Under the pieces are notes generated by a model. That model searched no databases. It had not been told where the DNA came from and was given only the letters and a program-made list of their open reading frames with translations. A program made the position numbers and the translations under genes. A DNA stretch of 64,000 nucleotides, from contig JAUWMV010000011.1 in assembly GCA_030613005.1 (NCBI GenBank), positions 1,740 through 65,739 of the forward strand, read 5' to 3'. This document shows positions 12,532 through 23,109 of the stretch, piece after piece (the first letter of the stretch is position 1; each line of letters starts with the position of its first letter). The DNA is from a bacterium. GTDB taxonomy: Bacteria > UBP14 > UBA6098 > B30-G16.

Positions 12532-14151
12532 TCATTTTAGAGAATTTAAATCTTTATAATTACTCAACATATGAAAATATATTTTACTCAGTTCACCAGA
12601 TGATCCTTTGTAAAGAATTAATTCCTTTACACCTTGGGAGAAATCGCCTAATTTCGAGCGATTCTTTGTCACATATACTTCGTTTTGCCTGAATCCAAAA
12701 TCTATATTAATAGGAACACCGATAATTAAATAATCAACTTTGTATTTATTCATTAAAAGCTTAAATTGCTGGTTCTTAATAAGTTCCACCGTTTCATAAT
12801 CTCCTACCAAGCCACAAGTCGCAACAAAATCCCTTTGAGAGTAATATGATGTGATACCTGCATCGACCATTGCTAATCTTGCATTTTTGGGCAAGTTATT
12901 TCTAATGTATTCTGCAATTTCAATCTTAGCCCATGTCATCTTTTTGTTCCTTACAAACGTCGGATAAAAGAGAAATTGCGCAAAAAGAAACAACAACATT
13001 ACTAACCCAAGAGCATTCGAGATTTTTCGCTTTTGTGGAATTATGATTGCAATTAAAAGACTTACAATCAATAGCTCGGAAATATAGTACCATGCAGAGA
13101 CAAAAACCTCCGATGGCATGAGAAAATAAATAAATAAGAAATGAATTATTGAAAACAACACGAATTCTCTTATGGGTTTAAGAGTAACAACAATCCTTTT
13201 CCACCGATTACCAGTAAAAATCAGTAATAATAAAAAAAATACTATAAAACATATCAACAGAAGGAAAATCCAATTGTATCTATCTGGGACACCTAAGATA
13301 AATGAAATTCGGGGTACAATTCTTTTATAGATATCTAAAATTGGGTTATACAGCCATCTCCATTCTGAAAGCAGTTGGATTTTTCGCGAACCTGAAACAG
13401 GCATAATTTTCCGAAAATAAGCATAATTAATTATAAGATAAGGAGCACTAAGCAACATAAAACCTGCAGCTGATGTTAGTAGATTTCTAAAAAAGATTGA
13501 AAACTTTATTTTAGATCGCAAAAACCAAATAATTAGAAATATCCCATAACTTAACGTAAGAAAAATGGAATCTGCCCGAGCAAGAAAGCATATTCCTAAT
13601 ATTAATCCTGTATGGAAAGCGTATTTTGAATTTGTGAATCTTTTTTCACCAACCTTTAATACATAATTTATATAGATTAGATACATAAAAAGGACTAAAG
13701 GCGCTTCGATTAACGAGAACAAAACTGTAAATGATCGAATATTTAAAAATACAATAAAAAGTGCAATAATCATACCACCAATAGAAAGCTTCATCAGTTT
13801 TCCGACTTTTAGAAATTTATGAAATGCAAGAATCAATATTACAAATATAATCCAGAATGCGATTCTTAAGGCAATCCACGGGTTACTAATAAAAAAATAT
13901 ATAGGTAAAATAATAAGGAACCAAAGTGGATGGAAGCCATTGGTTATAGTAATTCCGTCGAATGTAAATTTTCCTGATGTGCAGAAATTTTGCGCTATTC
14001 TATAGTAATACATTCCATCATCGATGACTGAAAAAGCCACAGCCTTATCTAATGGCGCAAATAATATTGTTATGAAGCTCATTAAGCAGAAACAAACAAA
14101 GAAAACTATTTCCCATTTGTTCGTTTTTCGTAGTCTACTATTCATTAACAA
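12532..14151 (-). CDS. Polytopic integral membrane protein, possible GT-C-fold glycosyltransferase (ArnT/PMT-like).
   Basis: 539 aa with more than 10 predicted TM helices. Acidic first-loop motif DDGMYYYR is reminiscent of GT-C glycosyltransferases. The functional call is weak. Confidence 0.45.
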   Translation of the reverse strand: MLMNSRLRKTNKWEIVFFVCFCLMSFITILFAPLDKAVAFSVIDDGMYYYRIAQNFCTSGKFTFDGITITNGFHPLWFLIILPIYFFISNPWIALRIAFWIIFVILILAFHKFLKVGKLMKLSIGGMIIALFIVFLNIRSFTVLFSLIEAPLVLFMYLIYINYVLKVGEKRFTNSKYAFHTGLILGICFLARADSIFLTLSYGIFLIIWFLRSKIKFSIFFRNLLTSAAGFMLLSAPYLIINYAYFRKIMPVSGSRKIQLLSEWRWLYNPILDIYKRIVPRISFILGVPDRYNWIFLLLICFIVFFLLLLIFTGNRWKRIVVTLKPIREFVLFSIIHFLFIYFLMPSEVFVSAWYYISELLIVSLLIAIIIPQKRKISNALGLVMLLFLFAQFLFYPTFVRNKKMTWAKIEIAEYIRNNLPKNARLAMVDAGITSYYSQRDFVATCGLVGDYETVELIKNQQFKLLMNKYKVDYLIIGVPINIDFGFRQNEVYVTKNRSKLGDFSQGVKELILYKGSSGELSKIYFHMLSNYKDLNSLK

Positions 14152-14355
14152 GAATTTCGATTAAAGTTATTTTTTTAAGAAATAATCTTTTCATAAAATT
14201 ATATTCACTAATATAAAATAAATTGTGCATTTTTTGTTTTTTAATATAGTAGTTATGGCTAATCCTAAAAGAGTTTTTCTTAGATTTGGATAGACAATCA
14301 TGTACTCTCTTTATACATTAAAAATATAGACTTAAACATAAAAAGGAGGAATGAC

Positions 14356-14826
14356 ATGAGTGTTGAAGTAAAACAAATGCCAAAATTTCACGTAGCTTAC
14401 ATCCGTCATATAGGTCCGTATAACAAAATCGGAGAAACATTTGAAAAAATATTCCAATGGGCTGGTCCGCAAGGTCTTATACGATTCCCCGAAACGAATA
14501 TCATGGCAATCTACCATGACGACCCACAAATAACTCCGGAGGAGAAATTGCGCTCCGATGTATGTATTACCGTACCAGACGAAACACCTGCAACCGGTGA
14601 AATAAACATTACAGATATACCTGCTGGCAAATATGCAGTAGCAAAATTTGAAATTAAGGTGGAGGATTTCAGTGAAGCATGGGCATCGGTATACAGAGAT
14701 TGGTTCCCTAATAGTGGCTATCAACCTGACGATCGTCCGTGCTATGAAATGTATCTAAATAATCCAGATGAGCACCCAGAGAAAAAATGTATTGTTGATA
14801 TATGTATTCCAGTTAAGCCGCTTTAA
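14356..14826 (+). CDS. GyrI-like (SbmC/AraC effector-binding-like) small-molecule-binding domain protein.
   Basis: 156 aa. Strong RBS AAAAGGAGGAATGACATG. Typical GyrI-like length and composition. Confidence 0.6.
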   Translation: MSVEVKQMPKFHVAYIRHIGPYNKIGETFEKIFQWAGPQGLIRFPETNIMAIYHDDPQITPEEKLRSDVCITVPDETPATGEINITDIPAGKYAVAKFEIKVEDFSEAWASVYRDWFPNSGYQPDDRPCYEMYLNNPDEHPEKKCIVDICIPVKPL

Positions 14827-15283
14827 AGTAAAAATATTTGATTAATGTATTTAAGTAAATCATTTAAATGAAATTTGAAGCCCCGAAGCCGTATTGAATT
14901 CCGCATTGGGTTTCTTCATAAAAGAATTTCATTGCTGGATATATCTCATTATGCGATTTATATATAGCTAATTTTTCTATTAATTTGTGAAACTACATTC
15001 ACCTATCCATATCTTTATGGTTCGGTAAATTTTATATGCAAATTTAAAAAACCCTTACCCGATTCTAACCAGCTTCTAAATTATCCTTATCGAGATTTTC
15101 TCAAGAATTTATTAAAAATGATATTTGAAAATTGGTTCAAAATTATTTATAATTAATGGATACTCAATCTTTAATAGATTATTATATTTCAAGGATTAAT
15201 TTCGTTTAATCCAGAACATATTAGATTATCTTTATCTAAATATTTATTTAACTTTAAATTCCGAATTATATAGGAGGAATATA

Positions 15284-15910
15284 ATGAAAAAGGCGATACC
15301 TTTGATAATATTGGGTGCTTTTTTAATAGCGTTATTAATAATAGGATGCGAGGATGACTCGAAACATAACCTTACACCACCATCATTAAGAATCACGTCG
15401 TTTAGTGTTAGTAAATCCTATGTCCTGCCGGATAGTTCGGTAGAAATTAGTGCTGAAGTTTATTATGAGGACGAAGACAACAGATATCTCTTGACCTATC
15501 AATGGGGATGCACCGGTGGAACAATCACTGGAACAGACGAAAACGTTATCTGGACAGCACCTTCGATAATTGGAGAATACAGATGTAGCTTGATTGTGCA
15601 TGATGGGAAAGCTTCATGGGATACAGCTATTACAATTATCAATGTTGTTAATTTGACAATCACATCTTTGCAGGCAAATCCGAACGTAATCGCTCCCAAT
15701 GATTCCTCCGAGATAATCGCAACTGTAGATTACAGCGGCAGTGGCGAACTTTCTTACAATTGGTCATGTAGTAGCGGTACAATTGTCGGAGATGGTGATA
15801 CAGTTGTATGGAAAGCTCCATCCGACGAAGGCGACTATAGGATAGATCTTATCGTTACAGATGGAACTCTTTCGGATGATGCTTTTGTAATTGTAGAAGT
15901 GACGAGGTAA
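15284..15910 (+). CDS. Lipoprotein with two internal Ig-like repeat modules.
   Basis: Signal peptide with lipobox LIIGC. Duplicated motif WGCTGGTITGTDENVIWTAP and WSCSSGTIVGDGDTVVWKAP. RBS TAGGAGGAATATAATG. Confidence 0.6.
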   Translation: MKKAIPLIILGAFLIALLIIGCEDDSKHNLTPPSLRITSFSVSKSYVLPDSSVEISAEVYYEDEDNRYLLTYQWGCTGGTITGTDENVIWTAPSIIGEYRCSLIVHDGKASWDTAITIINVVNLTITSLQANPNVIAPNDSSEIIATVDYSGSGELSYNWSCSSGTIVGDGDTVVWKAPSDEGDYRIDLIVTDGTLSDDAFVIVEVTR

Positions 15911-16013
15911 ATGCCATTTACCCCCTATTAACATAATGCAATTTGAATCTCCAAATCGATAGATTGTTTCTAAATGCTACTATGTGCAAGACTTAAAGTC
16001 GCTTAATTACATA

Positions 16014-17108
16014 TTACAATTTGCTAATAAATTCGGATAATATCTCTTCCACCCATGCAACTTGCAGCTTATCGAATAGTTCGCCAAGATCACCCTCCAT
16101 AATCCCTTGAAGATTATACGATGTATAACCAATCCTATGGTCGGTTAATCTATTTTGCGGAAAATTGTAGGTGCGAATCTTTTCGGATCTATCGCCACTA
16201 CCCACTTGAAGTTTTCTTTTTGCACCGCGTTTAATCTCAGCCTTAACTCTCTCATGTTCTGCAATTTTAGCAGTAAGAATTCTCAAAGCCAATGCTCGGT
16301 TCATATGCTGAGAACGTTCCGCTTGAGACGATGCTACAATTCCGGTAGGCAAATGAGTTATTCGAACTGCAGAATCGGTTTTGTTCACATGCTGACCACC
16401 TGGACCCGAGGCTCTGAAGGTGTCGACTCGAAGTTCCTCGTCCTTTATCACAATTCGTTCATCCGAAACTTCCGGTAGAATTGCTACCGATGCCGCAGAC
16501 GTGTGTATTCTCCCTGACGATTCAGTTACTGGAATTCTTTGAACACGATGAATCCCTGATTCGAAACGCATTTTCCGATACACATCCAAAGACCTAATCT
16601 CAAAAACTATCTCTTTATAGCCACCCAGATCGGTTTCATTAGTATCGATAACCTCAAGATCCCATCCAAAATGCTCACAGTATTTGGAATACATTCTAAA
16701 CAAATCAGAAACAAAAAGTGCAGCTTCTCTACCACCAGTGCCAGCTCTTATCTCAACAATAACTGGTTGACCGTCGTTAGGATCTGGAGGCGTTAGTAAT
16801 CCCAATATTTTTGATCGAGTTTTCTTTTCGTAATTCTGAAGAATTGGCAATTCTTCTCTTGCAAGTTCAACCAATTCTTCATCTTCAGATAAAAGGACTC
16901 CTTCATCGTCTGCTATCTGATGTATGAGACTCGAATATTCTCTTTTTAGCTCGCTAAGTGCGGAAAGTCTTTTATGTTCTCTACTGAGTTCGCTAAGGGC
17001 TTGATGATCAGATAAAATTTTAGGATCTCCCATTCTCTGTTCGAGTTGTCCAATTTTGATTTCTATACCCGATAATATTTCTAAAATTGCTTTGTAATTC
17101 ATTTTCAA
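16014..17108 (-). CDS. prfA: Peptide chain release factor 1.
   Basis: GGQ motif (SGPGGQHVNKTDSAVRITHLPTG). The RF1-type P-V-T tripeptide (RIPVTESSGRIHTSAASVAILPE) is present rather than the RF2 SPF motif. 364 aa. Confidence 0.9.
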   Translation of the reverse strand: MKMNYKAILEILSGIEIKIGQLEQRMGDPKILSDHQALSELSREHKRLSALSELKREYSSLIHQIADDEGVLLSEDEELVELAREELPILQNYEKKTRSKILGLLTPPDPNDGQPVIVEIRAGTGGREAALFVSDLFRMYSKYCEHFGWDLEVIDTNETDLGGYKEIVFEIRSLDVYRKMRFESGIHRVQRIPVTESSGRIHTSAASVAILPEVSDERIVIKDEELRVDTFRASGPGGQHVNKTDSAVRITHLPTGIVASSQAERSQHMNRALALRILTAKIAEHERVKAEIKRGAKRKLQVGSGDRSEKIRTYNFPQNRLTDHRIGYTSYNLQGIMEGDLGELFDKLQVAWVEEILSEFISKL

Positions 17109-17216
17109 ATATTAATCCCGATTTAAAATTAACAATCTATCCTTAATGATATATTCAAATCGACCAACACTGTAAAGTCTTTGAATTGTGAGATTATGGA
17201 TTTGCCCACGCAAATA

Positions 17217-18182
17217 CTACTTCAGAAATATCAATCGAATATCTTTTCTATTCCCAGCGGAAGAAATAGAAACATTATATATTCCTGAGCTTAAGCCTTC
17301 GCCAAACTTCAGCGAACCTGTATCCTTAATACAATAAGATTTAACAATTCTACCTTTAATATCCGTGACAAATAGAATACCATCATTAGGTATGGAATAA
17401 TTTATATTAGTAATAGAATTGAACGGATTCGGTGAACATGACAATGAAATTTCCGGCAAAAAAGATTCGTTCTCAGAAATATCCGATCCTATAATTAATG
17501 CATCGATTCCCTCAGCGAATCTGTCACCACCACCAACAAATATCATTGATCCCCAAACTCCCGTATGAACACCTGCTGGTTCTATAAGAGAATCAAAAAC
17601 ATCATTTTTATTAACATCATCAAAGAAAACTAGTACTTTAAAACCAGAGGAAAGAGTTATTGAATATTTAGAAGAATCCACTGGAAATATACCCTCGACA
17701 TCCAGTTTATATGTCATCATATTTACTGTGTAAACGAGAATTTTTACATTATCAAACACACCCTCAGGATAAAAAATCATTCCGCTAACTGTACCTATAG
17801 TATCGAGTTCAACATTAATAGATTCTGTTACACCACCAACTGTAAACACTGTTGTAGGATGCATTCCCATCGGGTCACCATAATTTATGGATGTACCTCT
17901 AGTTTTTACTCCAAGAATTTCATAAGGAATACTATCAACAATTGAAGTGTCATCGATTGTATAATTTCCCGGAGTCGCCAGAAGCGCATGAGGTAACGCA
18001 AAAAAATCAAAACTCGTTGGATCCGATATCATTGCTAAAATATCCTTCGGGCTAAGAGCGGCAACACCGTAAAAGCCTATACTTCCACCCGGATATATCA
18101 ACTTACCTGAAATTGTACCGGTATAAATAATCCCTGCAAACGCAATCACAGGTATTATTATAAGTATTATTACGGATCTCAT
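17217..18182 (-). CDS. Secreted protein with T9SS C-terminal sorting domain.
   Basis: N-terminal signal peptide. C-terminus ...SSGIYNVSISSAGNRKDIRLIFLK matches the Por-secretion-tail pattern. Confidence 0.6.
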   Translation of the reverse strand: MRSVIILIIIPVIAFAGIIYTGTISGKLIYPGGSIGFYGVAALSPKDILAMISDPTSFDFFALPHALLATPGNYTIDDTSIVDSIPYEILGVKTRGTSINYGDPMGMHPTTVFTVGGVTESINVELDTIGTVSGMIFYPEGVFDNVKILVYTVNMMTYKLDVEGIFPVDSSKYSITLSSGFKVLVFFDDVNKNDVFDSLIEPAGVHTGVWGSMIFVGGGDRFAEGIDALIIGSDISENESFLPEISLSCSPNPFNSITNINYSIPNDGILFVTDIKGRIVKSYCIKDTGSLKFGEGLSSGIYNVSISSAGNRKDIRLIFLK

Positions 18183-18259
18183 CTCACAACTCCTCTATTC
18201 AAAGTAACTTATTCTTATAAACTGTAAATAATTATATGATAATTCTGGGAAACCAAAAC

Positions 18260-18781
18260 TTAGAAGGCTGTTTCCCAACTACCCTCAACACCACCGCCAA
18301 GACTGAATCCACCTGATTTAGAATCGCTAACATCTGCAAGCATATATTTCACTTGAATAGAAAGACCAAAACCTGAAGTCGGTCTAACCATCACACCACC
18401 AAAAATTTGAAAACCTAAAGTCACGTCCAGTTCTTCTTCAACAACAGAAAGATACGCTCCTGAACCACCACCTAAATACGGATCGAAAACTTTACGACCC
18501 ATGGGATGAAATTCAGCATTTACCTGAATAGGCACCATCGTTGTGGATTTGCCGTCTGCTTTTTTATACTGTGTCCATCCCATTGAAAGCTCACCTGTAA
18601 GTTTATCCGACATTCTATATCGAGCAGTAACCTCAAATAGCATTGTTGTGGCACTGGTTCCAGGTGGGTTATAAAGCGATGCTTTTGCGCCTATTGTTAA
18701 CCTTCCCTTTCCCTTTTTAGCTGATGCAGGTATAAAAAGAAGCAATACAATAAGCAAAACAAAGGTCGTTCTCGATTTCAT
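18260..18781 (-). CDS. Small outer-membrane beta-barrel protein (OmpW/opacity-porin-like).
   Basis: The start is placed at the second ATG (MKSRTTFVLL), with GGAGGGTGAA directly upstream. Signal peptide, alternating amphipathic strands, C-terminal ...WETAF aromatic terminus. Confidence 0.55.
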   Translation of the reverse strand: MKSRTTFVLLIVLLLFIPASAKKGKGRLTIGAKASLYNPPGTSATTMLFEVTARYRMSDKLTGELSMGWTQYKKADGKSTTMVPIQVNAEFHPMGRKVFDPYLGGGSGAYLSVVEEELDVTLGFQIFGGVMVRPTSGFGLSIQVKYMLADVSDSKSGGFSLGGGVEGSWETAF

Positions 18782-18872
18782 TTCACCCTCCAATTAATAT
18801 TTCAATCTTATAAGATTACACAATATTTAAATAATATAAAAGTTGTGGTTTTTAATAATCAATATCTTTTTA

Positions 18873-19865
18873 TCACTTCCTTTTTTCGATTTGAGCAAAT
18901 CTTATCGCTGCTTTAAGAGACTCCATAAAACTTAAAGGACTTGCAATTCCTTTGCCAGCAATATCAAACGCTGTGCCATGGTCCGGGCTTGTTCTCGGGA
19001 AAGACAACCCTAATGTAAAATTTACACCATGTTCAAATCCTAATGTTTTCAGCGGAATTAAACCCTGGTCGTGATACATCGCAAGAAAAGCATCGAATTT
19101 TCGTCTCAGTAAGGGCAAAAAAGCTGTATCTGGCACAAGAGGACCCTCTGCTTCAATCCCCATTTCCTGTGCAAGCTTAATTGCAAGAATAATTTCACTC
19201 TCTTCAACACCAAGTTCACCATCCTCACCAGAATGTGGATTTAAACCCAACACTGCTATTTTCGGTTTACTCATATCGAAAAACTTTATCAAATGCTCAT
19301 TCAATCTTTTTATGTGACGTAAAATTCTCTTATTTTCAATTAATTTTGGAACGTTCTTAAGTGGAATATGAGTTGTAACAAGAGCCACACGAAAATTCCT
19401 AGAAAAAAGCATCATTGTCGTTTCGCACTCAAAAAATCGTGCAAGCAAATCCGTATGTCCGATGAAATCGTGTCCCGTCTTTATAATCGATTTTTTCGAA
19501 ACAGGTGGTGTAACCAAGGCGTCTGCTTTGCCTTTTTTAATGCAATCTACTGCTGAAATTATTGAGCTATACGCAGCTTCTCCGCAGTTTTTATCTATTA
19601 TTCCAATTGGATAATCGAGTTCTTCAGCTGAACATTCAAATTTTATTGCACCTGTATTAATTCTCGAGAGAAATTCTTTAGCCCATATAAATTTTCTAGC
19701 TAATCTCCTAAATGGCGACAGAGCACCGAACAAAATGATATTGTTTATACTCGATCCGAAATTTATGAGGCCTTTAGAAATAATTTCCGGTCCTATTCCA
19801 CCCGGATCACCCATCGTTATCGCTATTGTTTTACTAATGTTTTTCATAAAGACAAATATTATCAA
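18873..19865 (-). CDS. pdxA: 4-hydroxythreonine-4-phosphate dehydrogenase.
   Basis: IAITMGDPGGIGPEII N-terminus. Conserved HGTAFDIAGKG and MYHDQGLIP motifs. The start may be the internal ATG at 19847 (MKNISK). Confidence 0.85.
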   Translation of the reverse strand: MIIFVFMKNISKTIAITMGDPGGIGPEIISKGLINFGSSINNIILFGALSPFRRLARKFIWAKEFLSRINTGAIKFECSAEELDYPIGIIDKNCGEAAYSSIISAVDCIKKGKADALVTPPVSKKSIIKTGHDFIGHTDLLARFFECETTMMLFSRNFRVALVTTHIPLKNVPKLIENKRILRHIKRLNEHLIKFFDMSKPKIAVLGLNPHSGEDGELGVEESEIILAIKLAQEMGIEAEGPLVPDTAFLPLLRRKFDAFLAMYHDQGLIPLKTLGFEHGVNFTLGLSFPRTSPDHGTAFDIAGKGIASPLSFMESLKAAIRFAQIEKRK

Positions 19866-19924
19866 TTATTAGAGAAAACAATATTTGTCACATAAATAAT
19901 TTAAACAAATAATTATTAGTTGTG

Positions 19925-21064
19925 TTAATTCAAAAATTGTTTTAGTGCTTGAATTCGTTGATTTGATTCATCGATGCGGTCTTCGGAAATCTTTCCATCC
20001 TTAACCAACTTATAAATAATTTCAACGGCTTTATGTGCAATTTCAGGATCGAATGTAGTTGAGTTATTCGAGAATAATAGAATATCCACACCGGCATTTA
20101 TCGCAAGTTCGATAGCCGTTTCAAGACCGTAGTTATCAGAGATAGCACTCATCTGCATGTCGTCCGAAATTATCAGTCCACCCCAATCGAGGCTATCTCG
20201 AAGTATGTCTGTAACTGTGTTCTCAGAAAGAGAAGCAGGATAATTCGGATCGAGGGTTTGGTTAAAAATATGAGCTGCCATAATAACATCACATTTACCA
20301 CTATCGATGATTGCAGCAAATGGCTCAAGTTCCACATGCTGCCATGTATCTGTTACATCCGGAAAACCGAGGTAAGAATCAGTGGTTGCGCTCCCATGCC
20401 CAGGATAATGTTTTAGAGTTGTATAAATATTTTGACCATGATGTTCCTCGATCACAATCAACGCATTACTTATAACAATATCAGGATCTGCAGAAAAACT
20501 TCTCTCGAAATGCCCGATTTTCGGGGAGTCTGGATTAATATTAAGGTCCACAACCGGAGCTAAATTCAAATTGATCCCAAGATCTTTTAAGGTCGTAGCG
20601 GTTCTATTTGCATAGAATCTTGTCGAATCAGGATTGTTATGTTCCCCCAAATATTGCTGAGTAACCGTTAATGGGAATCCGTATTGAACTTTTAATCGAT
20701 TAACAAAGCCACCTTCCTGATCGATAGCTATGAACAACGGTGTTTCTGCGATGTTTTGAAGTGAAGATATTAGATTTCTTAACTGCTCCGGGGATTCGAT
20801 ATTTCGATATGATAATCCATCCGGGATATCCCTATCGTAAAGAACAACACCACCAATATGAAGATCAGTAATATCATCTCTTATGGGATTACTCGAAGTA
20901 AGTTCCAGTCCTCGGAAACCAACCATAATCATCTGCCCAATTTTAATTTTTAAAGGATTCTTGTTATCGTCGTTAGGTCCAGAATCACAGGAAAAAACTA
21001 CTAAACCTAATAAAAACAAGACAACAAGCAATTCAATCAACTTTAACCTTTTCAGCAAGACCAT
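19925..21064 (-). CDS. Glycoside hydrolase family 3, beta-N-acetylhexosaminidase NagZ-like lipoprotein.
   Basis: KIGQMIMVGF and LKHYPGHG motifs of GH3. Signal peptide with lipobox (VVFSCDSG). Confidence 0.8.
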   Translation of the reverse strand: MVLLKRLKLIELLVVLFLLGLVVFSCDSGPNDDNKNPLKIKIGQMIMVGFRGLELTSSNPIRDDITDLHIGGVVLYDRDIPDGLSYRNIESPEQLRNLISSLQNIAETPLFIAIDQEGGFVNRLKVQYGFPLTVTQQYLGEHNNPDSTRFYANRTATTLKDLGINLNLAPVVDLNINPDSPKIGHFERSFSADPDIVISNALIVIEEHHGQNIYTTLKHYPGHGSATTDSYLGFPDVTDTWQHVELEPFAAIIDSGKCDVIMAAHIFNQTLDPNYPASLSENTVTDILRDSLDWGGLIISDDMQMSAISDNYGLETAIELAINAGVDILLFSNNSTTFDPEIAHKAVEIIYKLVKDGKISEDRIDESNQRIQALKQFLN

Positions 21065-21735
21065 TTTATCCTCCGATATCTTTTTGCATTTTACATCCTG
21101 AAAATGACACAGACCAGTTTTTTTATAAAGCTATTCTCAAATAAATCAATGTATTTTATTTTTTGATATGTTGGAACTAAACAATTTATCCTTAATAAAA
21201 TATCAGATTAGAATTTCTAAACCAGAAGAAAAATTAGAATTTTTTATTATTTTTAACTTGACAACATAAGTAAACCTTCTATGATGCTTGATTTTCAAAA
21301 AATTAATTTCTTTAAATGTAAAATTACCCGTTTTTAATTTATTTTCTTAGATAAAATAGAATGATAATAATAAAGCCTATAATACTATAATTTTTAAGAA
21401 TTTATTACTAACATTAAAACAATAATAAAATAAACTTTAATTATGATTTTATTTCTCAAATGTAAGAATATTTAAAATGGAAATAAATACATTACAAATA
21501 CTTAAAGCAATTATTTAAGCTTAAATCTATAAAATTTAGAATAAGTATGCGACTTTTAATTTCATACATCGATAACAGATAATAGAAATTACTTGATAAA
21601 ACTTGGTTTTTTTCAATTATTATATAAATTTACAAAATAATCATTGTCAAAAAATATTTTCACAGTATTATATTTAGTTATATGCTAAAATTTCTTATCT
21701 AGTTTCATTATGTTTTTTCTCATTATGGGGGTTCG

Positions 21736-22818
21736 ATGGGAAGCAAAGCAATCGAAAGTCTAACTTCTGATGTACTGTCTTTAATTGGTTTAACTGTTTT
21801 AGAATGTCGGGATAACGGAATTTTTAACCTCGTTGGTGAAGCACCGAGTTGGTTTAATAAAATAATACAAAAGTCTTCGCCAAATCTCAAAGCTCTAAAT
21901 TTGGAAAATCTTTTCCCCTCATTAAAGAATTTTATTGAAGATTCCGAACATTTTTGGGAAAACAATGAAAATACCCTTTTCAAATCAGGAATTTGGACTG
22001 TAAGTGATCTTTCTGGAGTAGACATCTTTCTTGAGGCTTCTGCTGTTAAGCTTAACGGAAAACACATTCTGTTAATCGAACACATGAACAACAAAATTTC
22101 CCAGATGAAGGAATTTGTTAATAAGTCAGTTAAAAAAATGTATACCAAAGATACTCTTGAAAATGAAGTTCTAAAAAGAACTAAGGACATAAGGAAAAGA
22201 GAACAGGAAATAGCCTTAAGATTAATCTGGGCAGCAGAATTCCGAGATGACGAAACTGGTGCTCACATTCGAAGAATTGCTTTATATTCCTCCACTCTTG
22301 CAAAAACCTTAGGTTGGTCACCTCACGAGATTGAAGATATTAAATTAGCTTCCTCGATGCATGATATAGGTAAAGTGGGAATCCCAGACAGAATTTTATT
22401 AAAGCCCGGTAAGTTAACCTCCGTCGAATACGAGATAATGAAACAACATTGTGAAATAGGATATAAAATCTTAAAGAACTCCGATGTCGCAATGCTTAAC
22501 ATGGCAGAGGATATTGCATATTACCACCACGAAAAATGGGATGGTTCCGGTTATCCAACCAAACTATCAAGAAAATATATACCGGAATCAGCTCGAATTG
22601 CTGCAATTGCGGATGTTTATGATGCTTTGGTAAATCGTCGAGTATATAAACCTGCATTCCCCGAGGAAAAGGCTGTGGCGATAATGTATGAGGGCTCTGG
22701 TAACCATTTCGATCCATATTTTATCGAAGCCTTCATGGACCTACGGCAGGAATTCAAACGAATCCATGAGAATTTCTGCGACGGTGAAGTTAATTTACCA
22801 ACCTCAGGTGATATATAA
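21736..22818 (+). CDS. HD-GYP domain phosphodiesterase with N-terminal sensory region.
   Basis: HD motif (MHDIGKVGIPD) and HHEKWDGSGYP signature. Preceded by a ~670-bp AT-rich non-coding region. Confidence 0.85.
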   Translation: MGSKAIESLTSDVLSLIGLTVLECRDNGIFNLVGEAPSWFNKIIQKSSPNLKALNLENLFPSLKNFIEDSEHFWENNENTLFKSGIWTVSDLSGVDIFLEASAVKLNGKHILLIEHMNNKISQMKEFVNKSVKKMYTKDTLENEVLKRTKDIRKREQEIALRLIWAAEFRDDETGAHIRRIALYSSTLAKTLGWSPHEIEDIKLASSMHDIGKVGIPDRILLKPGKLTSVEYEIMKQHCEIGYKILKNSDVAMLNMAEDIAYYHHEKWDGSGYPTKLSRKYIPESARIAAIADVYDALVNRRVYKPAFPEEKAVAIMYEGSGNHFDPYFIEAFMDLRQEFKRIHENFCDGEVNLPTSGDI

Positions 22819-23013
22819 TCGAAATATTTCTATTCGCAGCTTCACAATATTACACATATCCACATATTTCATTACTATACTGATTTTTACATATAATCAT
22901 ATGTGTATTTTCCCAATTGAGCGTCATAGTTTGTTTGCAAATAAATATTGCCATTTCAATTATGCATAAATTCAAAAAACTTTTTGGATTCAGTAAAGCA
23001 TTTGTTTACTAAA

Positions 23014-23045
23014 TTAATAAAAAGCGAGGTACAAATGCACCTCGC
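23014..23045 (-). terminator. Intrinsic terminator downstream of kbl. Possibly bidirectional, as it also follows the convergent HD-GYP gene.
   Basis: 7-bp stem GCGAGGT/ACCTCGC (23024-23030 / 23039-23045) with an 8-nt loop. On the minus strand it is followed by TTTTTATTAATTT (23014-23023 region). Confidence 0.55.
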
Positions 23046-23109
23046 ATATAATTTCTAAATAGGTCGTTCAGGAATCTTTGTAGTTACTCCCTATTCATAT
23101 GAATAAACA

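Noticed and set aside
21544-21563. A 14-mer (agtatgcgactttt) shared between the region upstream of the HD-GYP gene and the region upstream of the AsrB-like gene (49449-49462) as a common regulatory motif.
   Set aside because: Several chance 14-mer matches are expected in 64 kb on both strands. Orientation relative to the two genes differs. No further copies were seen.
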